IMG/VR virus record: IMGVR_UViG_3300042562_002450
Span: 134,627-198,626 of that record
Length of the DNA stretch: 64,000 nt
DNA from: a virus
Reading direction: 5' to 3' (one strand)
Shown here in pieces: positions 18,429 through 27,808 of the stretch. Under the pieces are notes generated by a model. It was not told the origin of the DNA and made no database searches. It saw only the letters and a list, made by a program, of their open reading frames with translations. The position numbers were made by a program, and so were the translations under genes. Each line of letters begins with the position of its first letter. The first letter of the stretch is position 1.

Positions 18429-19010
18429 TTATAATCTTATGCTATTATCAAAATTACTAATTAAATTTATTTTAAAAAACTCAACTCGACCAAATTTATC
18501 AAGTCGATAAGGCTCAGAAGAGCCGATATCATACTTAACTCTAATAGCGAGTGGAGAGCTTACGGTACCATTAATATCTATCTCTGGCTCTATAATTTTA
18601 TCAAATTCATCAGGCATATCTTTCAAGTTACTTGTATGCTTAAAAAGAACATCATGTTCAAGGTATAAAACTAAAGCATCTGATCTGCTATCTCCATATT
18701 CTTTTACCTTACCAGGCTCATGGAAATTCGAGCCTTCAGAAAGATAGGCAGTAACCATGTAGTCATCAAAGAGATACTTCATCCCTTTATTTGTTCCAAA
18801 AGTTGCCTCTCCACTTCTGTTCTCAAGAGTTGAACTTGCAGCTATTGGATATCCCTGACTATCTCTTCGTACTCTTCTGTAAATATAGTAAGATCCTCTT
18901 TCTTCAGTAAAGAGTAATCTTTTGATTTCTTTACGTATATCTGGTTCTCCAGATATTGTTTTGTTATTTCCGTAAGGATTCTTACTTGGTTTTTTTGAAT
19001 AAAAATCCAT
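18429..19010 (-). CDS. Probable neck (head closure) protein
   Basis: Position in the neck region; no diagnostic motif recognised. Confidence 0.4.
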   Translation of the reverse strand: MDFYSKKPSKNPYGNNKTISGEPDIRKEIKRLLFTEERGSYYIYRRVRRDSQGYPIAASSTLENRSGEATFGTNKGMKYLFDDYMVTAYLSEGSNFHEPGKVKEYGDSRSDALVLYLEHDVLFKHTSNLKDMPDEFDKIIEPEIDINGTVSSPLAIRVKYDIGSSEPYRLDKFGRVEFFKINLISNFDNSIRL

Positions 19011-19018
19011 ATTTAATC

Positions 19019-19723
19019 CTATTGTGGTTCTCTGTTTGTTACTTTATACCAATCAAAAGGTTCTTTGTTTGTCATTTGATACCTATCAAGAGTTCGTATG
19101 AAACCAGTCATCTGAGGTAAGCTCCCAGATCTAAGAAACGTTCTTCCGAACATTGGACGATGCAATGACTGCCCCTTAGTTGCAAGCTGTGGAACTAGAG
19201 GGTTATTATTAATTAAGCTTTTGATACAATCGATCAATGGATCTTTGCATGAGATTACTGCTACTGAAAGCTTCATGGATTCACATTCAAGCTTCTCAAT
19301 TAAGCCATCTGCAGGACTTGATCCGTCTTTTTTTGCATCTTTTGATATTGAAAAATCACCAAGTTTCTTATAGACCTTTTGACCTGTATCTCCAAGATAT
19401 ATCTCTGCATTATATATTGCATTAAGAGCAGCTCGATAAGTGACCCATAAAGATGCGAAGTATCTCCATTTTTCAAAATTCACAGTAGAGCAAATAGAAA
19501 TTGCATTAGCCTCAACAGAATACGTATGTATTAAATATAAAAGAATTTCATCAGAAACGTCTTTAAGGTAAGATCCTGCAATGGCTCTAATCTTGTTTGG
19601 TGTAGAATATAGAGGATCAAATGTTGTAGAGAAAGAATAAAAAAGATCAGGATAGAGGTCACCGTCTGTGCTCTCTATTCCACTAATATTAATTTCTACT
19701 ATTTGGTTATTAGTCAATTCCAT
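19019..19723 (-). CDS. Probable head-tail adaptor/neck protein
   Basis: DPLYSTPNKIRAIAGSYL and KKLGDFSISK resemble head-tail connector proteins; position. Confidence 0.45.
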   Translation of the reverse strand: MELTNNQIVEINISGIESTDGDLYPDLFYSFSTTFDPLYSTPNKIRAIAGSYLKDVSDEILLYLIHTYSVEANAISICSTVNFEKWRYFASLWVTYRAALNAIYNAEIYLGDTGQKVYKKLGDFSISKDAKKDGSSPADGLIEKLECESMKLSVAVISCKDPLIDCIKSLINNNPLVPQLATKGQSLHRPMFGRTFLRSGSLPQMTGFIRTLDRYQMTNKEPFDWYKVTNREPQ

Positions 19724-19725
19724 AT

Positions 19726-22700
19726 TTAGTCCCTAATCTTTATAGTTACTATATTCCCTGAAACTGATTCTATACTACCTAGTACTCTTGGAACATAGTT
19801 CGGAGAATACCTAGTAACTCCAACAGCATCACTTGCAGTTAGAAAATAATCATTTGTTTTTTCTTTAGCAGTAAAAGATGTAAGTCCAGATGTTGTCATT
19901 CCGCCGCCAGCATTAACAAACGAAACAGATAGAGGAGTTACTCGTGAAAGATTTAGTTCATGAACTCTTAGTTGACAAGTTCCACCAGTAAGAAGTCCGA
20001 CATCTGCAATACTTGCTGTACTTGAAGATGTATTAACAAGTCTTCCTGCAAATCCTGGTTTGTACCATTCTAGCTTAATTGAAGAGCCATTAACAATTGC
20101 TTTGCATCTATGCCCATTTGTAGATGTTACTAATGGAGCTCTGAACATTGTTTTATTTATTGTTTCTGCAAGGTTGAAAGCCGTACCTGCTATCGTTGTT
20201 GATAGTTGAAAATCTGTCCAAACAGTAGGAAGTAGTTTTGCTACGAATGTTGTAGTCACAGCTTCTGTTGTTAAGCTTGCTGGTATCGTAATTGTAAATG
20301 ATTGACCCTCGGTCAAGGCAGCATTAATATTAATTGTTCTAGATGGAGCAGTTCCCCATATTCCAGCTCTTAAGTATGTTGGTGCTCCAAATTCACCTGA
20401 ATTCAAATCATACGAAACATCATTAATAGTTCCAATTATATTGTCTCGTGTTTTTTCTGTTCTTAATTCTTGAGGGATAGCAATATCCTGATTTAACTTA
20501 AACTCACCATCTGCCACAACAGGAACAACTAATGTGGATGCTGTTAATGTTTTATTTCCAATGATTATTTCATCATGATCAGCAATAGTAGCAGAACTTG
20601 TAATAGTAAAATCTGCATAAGATAATCTAAGAGGATAAAGCCTTGCACCTTTAATAAAAGTTGAACTATTAAGACTAGTTGAGCTTGTTGCTTTTAAGTT
20701 ATGTGTTCCACTTGAATAGAATATTCCTGTAGTACTTGCTGGTACTGTAGTCGCTGGATAGTAAACAGCTCCTTTATTTGGCCAGAAGAAATCAACTTGA
20801 GCAGGAAGATATTCATTCGCAGGATGGAGATCTGCTATATGTGGACAGATCCTATCGTAAGCATCAACAAAAAATGGAAATACGAAATCGATATCATAGC
20901 CAAACTGATTAACAAGGGAGAGTGCAATATTGTCTGAGACTTTTTTTAACCCACTAAGAACACTAGATCCAAGGATAGGATTAATCGTTGTTGCACCTGA
21001 TTCACTAAAATTAACATCTTGTATCTTTACTCCCTTTGATGGAAGCGTTGCTTTTATGATTACATCCCCAGCAGTAGATGTGAGTGTCAAATCAGAAATT
21101 GGCTCGATAGCAAGAGTTCCTAATGATTTAATCTTAGCTAATGTCTGTTGAAAGTTAATATCTTTTCTGAAAGCAATATCTGCCAATCTGAAAGTAACTA
21201 AGCTATCCCCAGATGTTGTGTCTTTAAATGTTAATCCATTTGCTGTTAAGTTTAATTCTTTAGCTGCAGCTGTATTGTCATAAACATTTTGTAGATTAGT
21301 TACACTATTCTGTTTAATATCTATTGAGTTTCCAGCTGTTGAAACCGATAAAGAGCTATCACTTGAAGAGATAGAAACAGATCCAGATAATCCTTGAAGT
21401 GTCTTAACATTATTATGAGGATTAGATGCTGCAATGTGAGCAGCAAAAGCAGAATGGGAAGTACCATCATCTGCAAGATGTGAAGTTGAGTTATTAAGTA
21501 GGTTGACTATATTTAACCCACCAATTACTGCCGAATTTGATATTAAGTCACCAAGACCAGTTATGCTGAAAGTTTCAACTCCAAATTGATTTCTTACTGA
21601 AATTCTTTTTGCTGAGTTATTACCTGATTCAGCTTGAGTTGTTATGATTTTATGAAAACCAGTAACTGCATCATGCTGATTAGCAAAGAGGGAGGTTGTA
21701 TTCCCAATTGTCGTAATGTCTGTTTTTAATTCATTAATTGCACCAATAATATTTTTCTTACTTGTTGAAAGATCAGTAACAGAAGCATCAGAGAAAGGAA
21801 ATGAAACCCTTTTATCTTGAATGATCAGTTCACTAAGACCAGAACTCAAAAGAGGAGTCTCAACTTTATTTGAACTCTTAATAGGATCTGAACTAATATA
21901 TCCAGCAGTATCTGCAATCGTTGTATTGCTTCCTACCTTTAGGTCTCCAACTTTTGCTTTTCTTGTTGCATTCAAGTTACCAACAACTCTGAATGTATCG
22001 GATGTAGAGGTCGGACTTGCATCCTCAATGATTAGACCTCCCTGAGTTGTGTTTGTTACCAATTTTGGAGGAGAGGACTGACCGTATACAGCCTGAAGAC
22101 TAGTGTTAAAAGAACTAGCTTTCAATTCGTTAATTGCTCCAACTAAACTCTGTGAAGTAGTAGAGAGAGCAGGATTCCCAGGCTCTGAAATTGTTACAGG
22201 ATTTGTTAAGAAAATATCTTTTAAATAAATATAGTTTTCTGATTTTAAAGTTAATTTTGAACCTGGAGAAATTGCTCCAACAAGAAGATCTCCAAGACTT
22301 GTAGTAACACTAATATTAGTAAGATCTAAAGTTGTAAAACCACTACCTTTCACTTTCATTGTTACTGGTTTGAAACTTAAGTTCCCTGAATCATCTAATC
22401 TTATTTCTTCTCTTGTTCCAAAGATAAGAGGTTTGCTTGCTATTAATGATATTGTGCTTCCGTTAAGGTACATGTCCTGAAGAGAAGAGTTTCCAGATAT
22501 AGCCTCTAGTATCGATATCCTTTCTGCAATCCCGCTATTTGCTTTTAATATATTAGCAGGAGAAAGGGTAGAAGTTTTGAGTAAGATAGTCTGGGTATCA
22601 CGAATAGCATCAGCAAGCTCATTTGGATCTCTTGCATCAATGTCATCGCCAATGATAGAAATTCCATCATTTATTTTATAAACCCACTCATCTGGTTGGG

Positions 22701-22734
22701 CCTGATCTATATTCTTAATTCTAAATTGGCTCAT
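19726..22734 (-). CDS. Fibre-like virion protein
   Basis: 1002 aa, Ser/Thr-rich; repeated LST-x(4)-(V/I)GAINELK coiled motif seen in phage fibre/whisker proteins. Confidence 0.6.
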   Translation of the reverse strand: MSQFRIKNIDQAQPDEWVYKINDGISIIGDDIDARDPNELADAIRDTQTILLKTSTLSPANILKANSGIAERISILEAISGNSSLQDMYLNGSTISLIASKPLIFGTREEIRLDDSGNLSFKPVTMKVKGSGFTTLDLTNISVTTSLGDLLVGAISPGSKLTLKSENYIYLKDIFLTNPVTISEPGNPALSTTSQSLVGAINELKASSFNTSLQAVYGQSSPPKLVTNTTQGGLIIEDASPTSTSDTFRVVGNLNATRKAKVGDLKVGSNTTIADTAGYISSDPIKSSNKVETPLLSSGLSELIIQDKRVSFPFSDASVTDLSTSKKNIIGAINELKTDITTIGNTTSLFANQHDAVTGFHKIITTQAESGNNSAKRISVRNQFGVETFSITGLGDLISNSAVIGGLNIVNLLNNSTSHLADDGTSHSAFAAHIAASNPHNNVKTLQGLSGSVSISSSDSSLSVSTAGNSIDIKQNSVTNLQNVYDNTAAAKELNLTANGLTFKDTTSGDSLVTFRLADIAFRKDINFQQTLAKIKSLGTLAIEPISDLTLTSTAGDVIIKATLPSKGVKIQDVNFSESGATTINPILGSSVLSGLKKVSDNIALSLVNQFGYDIDFVFPFFVDAYDRICPHIADLHPANEYLPAQVDFFWPNKGAVYYPATTVPASTTGIFYSSGTHNLKATSSTSLNSSTFIKGARLYPLRLSYADFTITSSATIADHDEIIIGNKTLTASTLVVPVVADGEFKLNQDIAIPQELRTEKTRDNIIGTINDVSYDLNSGEFGAPTYLRAGIWGTAPSRTININAALTEGQSFTITIPASLTTEAVTTTFVAKLLPTVWTDFQLSTTIAGTAFNLAETINKTMFRAPLVTSTNGHRCKAIVNGSSIKLEWYKPGFAGRLVNTSSSTASIADVGLLTGGTCQLRVHELNLSRVTPLSVSFVNAGGGMTTSGLTSFTAKEKTNDYFLTASDAVGVTRYSPNYVPRVLGSIESVSGNIVTIKIRD

Positions 22735-22746
22735 GTTACTCTCTTC

Positions 22747-24108
22747 TTAGTTTCCAATAGTTGTATAAGTTCCTTTGATCTCTACATGACCTATAGTCAG
22801 TGAGTCACATTGAACAAAAAATCCATATTGGGTAATATCTGTAATTGATACATTGTTATAGTTTGAACTCTTAAGTGGGTCAATAGAAAGAGTCACAGAA
22901 GATGGAGTAGTTATCATTTTAGATTTAAAGTTAACTCCATATCCCTGGAACTTTCCACCTGCATTATCTGAATGAAATTTCATTCCAAAATAGCCTACTT
23001 CTTGTACGTTTCTTTTTAATATTGAGTTACCTGTAATTATTTGATTCTGATCTGCTTTTAAAATAATATTAGTTGAAGTGTCTAATGTTCCAAAGTCACC
23101 ATCTTTAGTAACTATTAACTCTGAAGTTCCTTCATTATTATCTGAATCTAGTCTTAACGTATAAGTTCCACTTTGAACATCAATCTTGTTATGTTCGAAA
23201 ACTGACTGAACACTAGTTCCAAGAACTAGAGAGTTAGTCAATTCACAAGAAGAAGAAGCAATACTCGACAATACTGATAATAGTCCAGTCTCATCAAGAG
23301 TGAGCACTGGAGAACTTACTCCATTTAATATCTGGAACTTTGAATTAGCAGAGAGACCATCAATAGCATCTTCTGAGTCTAATGTGAAAATAATATCATT
23401 AATTGATTTAAGATAAATCCCATTACTTAGGAATGATAGATTTGTATATTCAAATGAATCCTTAGCACCGATCTTTGAAGTATTAGGCATTACTATATTT
23501 TGACCAACTTCTAATTGACCAGAGATAAGCAAGTCTCTACCTATCGTTGTATCTCCGCTAATTACTACTGTATTACTTACAGAAGAACCAAGCTGAACAT
23601 TTGCTAATGCTGCAAAAGCTCCTTGAACAGAAAGTGTACCTGTAACAACTGCAGATCCACTTTGTAGTATGTATCTATTATCTAGTGTATTTCCTTCTAC
23701 GTAGCCACCTGACATTATGTTGTCAATATCGTTCTGAAGTTCTTCGAATGCTTGCTGACCTCTAGTTGAATTTAGATTACCTATTGCTGTTACTTGAATA
23801 ACATTTGAATGATGTTGAAAAGGATCAGTTGGCATGACAAAAGATAAATGCCCCTCAAAAGCTGTTTGCCTATCCTTTAATGCACCATCGAGAATTTCTA
23901 ATGAAGTTTTGATACTAGAGGCAGCAGGAATATAATGATTAGAGGCAAGACTCATACTGAGTCCAGCTCCCGCAATTACGATTTCAATATTTCTAGTTGC
24001 ATCTTGCAGATCATTTACATGCTCTGCTTTTACATAATCAACACCATTTACTTTTGTATAACTTGGGTTGACAAAAGAATCAATTGAATTTGGGAAATTA
24101 CTAGCCAT
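22747..24108 (-). CDS. Virion structural protein (fibre/collar-like)
   Basis: N-terminal NFPNSIDSF...VKAEHVNDLQDA attachment-type motif; beta-rich body. Confidence 0.5.
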   Translation of the reverse strand: MASNFPNSIDSFVNPSYTKVNGVDYVKAEHVNDLQDATRNIEIVIAGAGLSMSLASNHYIPAASSIKTSLEILDGALKDRQTAFEGHLSFVMPTDPFQHHSNVIQVTAIGNLNSTRGQQAFEELQNDIDNIMSGGYVEGNTLDNRYILQSGSAVVTGTLSVQGAFAALANVQLGSSVSNTVVISGDTTIGRDLLISGQLEVGQNIVMPNTSKIGAKDSFEYTNLSFLSNGIYLKSINDIIFTLDSEDAIDGLSANSKFQILNGVSSPVLTLDETGLLSVLSSIASSSCELTNSLVLGTSVQSVFEHNKIDVQSGTYTLRLDSDNNEGTSELIVTKDGDFGTLDTSTNIILKADQNQIITGNSILKRNVQEVGYFGMKFHSDNAGGKFQGYGVNFKSKMITTPSSVTLSIDPLKSSNYNNVSITDITQYGFFVQCDSLTIGHVEIKGTYTTIGN

Positions 24109-24118
24109 ATATCTATCC

Positions 24119-25111
24119 TTATTGGAAATTAATTATTAACTTATTATCTTGTATTTCATATGTAAAGTCTAAAGGTCCATAATACGAACTAACAGTAGAC
24201 TCTGTAATTGTCTTAATCTTTTCAGATGTAATTGAAGCAGGGTTAATAGACTTATTAAATGTAAAAGTCACAACCTTATTCTCTGAATTATTCATTACAG
24301 AATTTAATGCAGGAGAAATAGAAACTAACTTAAATGCTGATGTTGGATCAGTAGGAGTATTATTTTCCTGTATTGGGAGTCCAACTACAACACCTGAGTT
24401 TTGATCCGAAGGAAGAACATAAAGACTATCACCTGTCTTGAAGTCCCAAGAGTAAATCTCATTCGTCTTAACTAAAGGCTTAACTTTTATTGTGAAGATA
24501 TCTCCAGCGACATAAGTGCCTATATCAAATTTAAAGAATAGACCTTCTTCAATTTCTATAAATCTTTTCTTTGCTGTCAGGTCTATTGAACTATAGTTAT
24601 CAGATGATCTTGTTATTCTATATTTAGCAGTAGATTCAGACCCACCGATTATTACTTCTAATGTATACGTATTGTCAATAAGTCCATTGTATGGACCCTT
24701 AACTAGAGGGCTAATTGATCCTGTATTCAGATTTGAAGCTTGAATATCAAAGACAGATTGCTTCCCGATTTCTTTACTTAAAATTACTGAATATTCAGAG
24801 TTAGCAGAAAGAGGAGATGATGATGTGATCTCTATTAAAGATCTATACAACTCTCCAGCTTGAGCACTGTCCCCGTAATCACTTCCCGTAAAAAGACTAT
24901 TAGATAGCAGTTGAACTCTTTTAAGGTTTACTTTTATTGGAGTTGGTAGTGTTTGATTTAAATTAAGATTAGTAATCTTTTTAATTAGAAAACAATTAAC
25001 AGGAGTTACGCTTCCCTCATCTAGAGAAAAAGGATAGAGTGCTGTAATCACAGGCATTAATGCAATTCCATCAGCATTATGAGCTGGACTAACTATAGGT
25101 AGTACTGCCAT
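24119..25111 (-). CDS. Ig-like domain virion protein
   Basis: LVSISPA...VVTFTFNKSINPASIT and YSVIL/WDFKT patterns resemble bacterial Ig-like (Big_5-type) domains. Confidence 0.5.
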   Translation of the reverse strand: MAVLPIVSPAHNADGIALMPVITALYPFSLDEGSVTPVNCFLIKKITNLNLNQTLPTPIKVNLKRVQLLSNSLFTGSDYGDSAQAGELYRSLIEITSSSPLSANSEYSVILSKEIGKQSVFDIQASNLNTGSISPLVKGPYNGLIDNTYTLEVIIGGSESTAKYRITRSSDNYSSIDLTAKKRFIEIEEGLFFKFDIGTYVAGDIFTIKVKPLVKTNEIYSWDFKTGDSLYVLPSDQNSGVVVGLPIQENNTPTDPTSAFKLVSISPALNSVMNNSENKVVTFTFNKSINPASITSEKIKTITESTVSSYYGPLDFTYEIQDNKLIINFQ

Positions 25112-25112
25112 G

Positions 25113-25394
25113 TTATTCCTGTACTTTTACATTCTTAGTAGGCTTCTTTTTAGTAGAAGGCTTATTTTCTTTTATGTCTTTTGATTCTGATTTTATCAGT
25201 TCTTCGACTTGAACACTAATAGTAATTTTTTTAGCTTTAACAGAAGCCTTAATCTGATCTAGTTCCCATTTCTCTAGTTTTGACTCATCGAGTTCAATAG
25301 CAGGATTGTTTTCACTTAAACTATGAGTTAGGGTAAGTGTTCTTGGATTCATTAAACCCCAAAACATTTGATTAGCATCAAGTACTATCTTCAT
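25113..25394 (-). CDS. Hypothetical protein
   Basis: ORF with RBS in the structural operon. Confidence 0.6.
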   Translation of the reverse strand: MKIVLDANQMFWGLMNPRTLTLTHSLSENNPAIELDESKLEKWELDQIKASVKAKKITISVQVEELIKSESKDIKENKPSTKKKPTKNVKVQE

Positions 25395-25406
25395 TCTAGA
25401 TCCTTA

Positions 25407-25438
25407 TAAATAAAAGAGGGGAGCATTAAGCTCCCCTC
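25407..25438 (-). terminator. Rho-independent terminator after major capsid gene
   Basis: GAGGGGAGC/GCTCCCCTC stem (25416-25438) followed by TTTTATTT on the minus strand. Confidence 0.8.
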
Positions 25439-25474
25439 ATTATAACATTATAATCTATAAAATCTCAAGAGATA

Positions 25475-26821
25475 TTAAGCAGTAACAACTGGAGTTGTAG
25501 CTGGAATGTCAGAAAGGTCAACAGTAAGCTCATAATGAGGAACTGCTGCGCGCTCAATGATTTTATTCTCAGTATTAACAACATTTTTAAGAACTGCTAC
25601 AGATTGACCTTCGTTCATGATACCGAAGCAATAACGCTCACGGAACTTAATTTTCTTAATATCACGAGCTGGATCATTCCACTCTTCAGTAGTCAACTCT
25701 TCATCAACCAAAAGAACACCTAGCTCTTCTTTGTCACAAACGATGATATCGCCGCGTTTCTTAAGAGGGTTATAAGGAGCCCATGGAGTTACGATGATTT
25801 GCATTCCATCCATTCCCCAGTAAGATGGGAAAATTGGAGCAGAATCAATATCACGGTTACGAAGAGCTACTGGAGTAGTCTCAGAAATGTTTTGTTGCTT
25901 ACCTTGCATCAAACCAGCAGACTTCTGCCAAGGGTTTCCACCCTGAGCTGATCCACGATGAGATTGGAAATAAGTAGCATTTCCTTTAAAGAAAAGATCA
26001 CGCATAACAGGATCTTTACGGAACATAGTGTAGAAAAGTGGGTGAAGGATCATTGTATTAGGCATAAACCCTTTAGCAACAAAGTGACCTTCAAGATCCA
26101 ACATATCTTCAGCTGTCAATGAACCATTAGCAGCACCAGCAATGTCACGACCATGAGTAACACCTAATACAGATTGACCTGGATTAAGGTTATCAAAGTA
26201 AGTTACACCCTGAGAAGAAATCATGTTAGCAGCTTTAACTTCTTTATGACGAGCAAGAAGCTTACCAGCAGCCTTAACGTGTAGACCGATAACATCGAAC
26301 TGAGAGTAACGGATCATTTCTTCTGTGATTTTCACAGCAAGACCCACTTTACCAATGTTCGCAATCATCTGAGACATACCGCCAGAAGCTAGTTTAGTTT
26401 CAGGATACTCATCACCTTCAGACATATCTAGGTTAGTAGATGACATGGCAGAAGTCATAGGAAGGATAATTGCCTGTCCCATAGTGTACTGGATCTTCTT
26501 AAGGAGAGACGTCATAAGCAATTGAGGCTCAATGGCTTCAATGGCTTGCTCAGCAACAACCTTAGGCATCATCCAAGGAGCATCTGGAGTTGAATACATA
26601 TCTTCAATTGTCCAAGAATTTCCAACCATATCAGAACCAGAGTTAGTCCAGATGAATCTGAAAGAATCTAAGTTCGTATTAAAATCTGAGAAAAGCTCAT
26701 CAGAAGTTTTATCAGCAACACCAGGTGTCTTTGATGCAATATCTCTAAGAGATTTTTCGGGAGCATTGGTATTTACTTTTACCTTGTACTCACCTGTTTT
26801 TTTGTCTAAAAAAAGTTTCAT
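25475..26821 (-). CDS. Major capsid protein (HK97 fold)
   Basis: 448 aa; EGDEYPE and KVGLAVKITEEMIRYSQFDVI motifs; follows protease and decoration genes and precedes a terminator. Confidence 0.9.
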   Translation of the reverse strand: MKLFLDKKTGEYKVKVNTNAPEKSLRDIASKTPGVADKTSDELFSDFNTNLDSFRFIWTNSGSDMVGNSWTIEDMYSTPDAPWMMPKVVAEQAIEAIEPQLLMTSLLKKIQYTMGQAIILPMTSAMSSTNLDMSEGDEYPETKLASGGMSQMIANIGKVGLAVKITEEMIRYSQFDVIGLHVKAAGKLLARHKEVKAANMISSQGVTYFDNLNPGQSVLGVTHGRDIAGAANGSLTAEDMLDLEGHFVAKGFMPNTMILHPLFYTMFRKDPVMRDLFFKGNATYFQSHRGSAQGGNPWQKSAGLMQGKQQNISETTPVALRNRDIDSAPIFPSYWGMDGMQIIVTPWAPYNPLKKRGDIIVCDKEELGVLLVDEELTTEEWNDPARDIKKIKFRERYCFGIMNEGQSVAVLKNVVNTENKIIERAAVPHYELTVDLSDIPATTPVVTA

Positions 26822-26843
26822 AGTAGTAGTCCTTCCTTTCTAA

Positions 26844-27797
26844 TTACAATTTAAGTTTGAATGTTACTACAGCTGTATTGAGATTACCACCTGCATATTG
26901 AACAGCGTGTGGCACACCATCAGTAGCAGAACCTGGCAATTGATCAAGACCAGAACCATCAGTAAATGTACCTGTGTCTGGGCTAACAACTGGAGAATAT
27001 AGTCTAGGGTCATAAGCTGTCTTAACTTGGTCAAGAAGTTGCTTAGGCCATTGCTTTTCGATAGCAGTTACGATACCAACAACATCTAATTGAGAAGCAA
27101 GAGCTGCTTCTGCATCAGCGAAAGACGCGATAGCAGATGGAGCATAAGCAACAAATTTAGAATTGATGTCGAAAGTAACTAGATCACCAGCTTTAGCAGC
27201 ACCTTTCCATGTAGCCATTCCTGCAAACTTAGGACCTGAAACACCTTCAGTAGGGAACTCAAGTAGGTAGTTAGTCAAGAGAGATACAGAGTTTTGACGG
27301 TTATAATTGTGGTATTCATAAGTACCAGGATTATGAGGGTCAGAGTTCAATTGCATATAAACATCATAAGATGCAACACCGATACAGTTACCTGTAGAGA
27401 TGCCAGCAGCAATCAATGAATCTACAACGAAAGCACCTGCAACAGCAGCAGCGCCTTGAGCATTTTTAACGCCAGCAAGAACGTCAGCAGCAGAATACTT
27501 AGGACCGTGACCTGCACCAAGTGCAAGAGCGATTTTGTATCCAGCAGGAACCAAGAAACCATTTGAATCTACAGAGCATGGAGAACCAGCTGAGATTACA
27601 AAGTTATCGTAGTTTTCAAGTTCAGTACGAACAGATGGAAGGTAAGAAGCTGGAACGAAAGGTCCAAATCTAAGTCCTTCTTTCTTTTCGAAGTTAGGGG
27701 TCATTCTTTGACCAACAAAGCGAGGCATTCCTCTATGAGTAGCTGAGTAGCCGCCCGCGCCTAGTTGACCATTTAAATAGCCAGTTTCAAGTGTCAT
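26844..27797 (-). CDS. Head decoration/cement protein
   Basis: Between protease/scaffold and MCP; Gly/Ala-rich. Confidence 0.55.
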   Translation of the reverse strand: MTLETGYLNGQLGAGGYSATHRGMPRFVGQRMTPNFEKKEGLRFGPFVPASYLPSVRTELENYDNFVISAGSPCSVDSNGFLVPAGYKIALALGAGHGPKYSAADVLAGVKNAQGAAAVAGAFVVDSLIAAGISTGNCIGVASYDVYMQLNSDPHNPGTYEYHNYNRQNSVSLLTNYLLEFPTEGVSGPKFAGMATWKGAAKAGDLVTFDINSKFVAYAPSAIASFADAEAALASQLDVVGIVTAIEKQWPKQLLDQVKTAYDPRLYSPVVSPDTGTFTDGSGLDQLPGSATDGVPHAVQYAGGNLNTAVVTFKLKL

Positions 27798-27808
27798 ATG
27801 AGATCTCC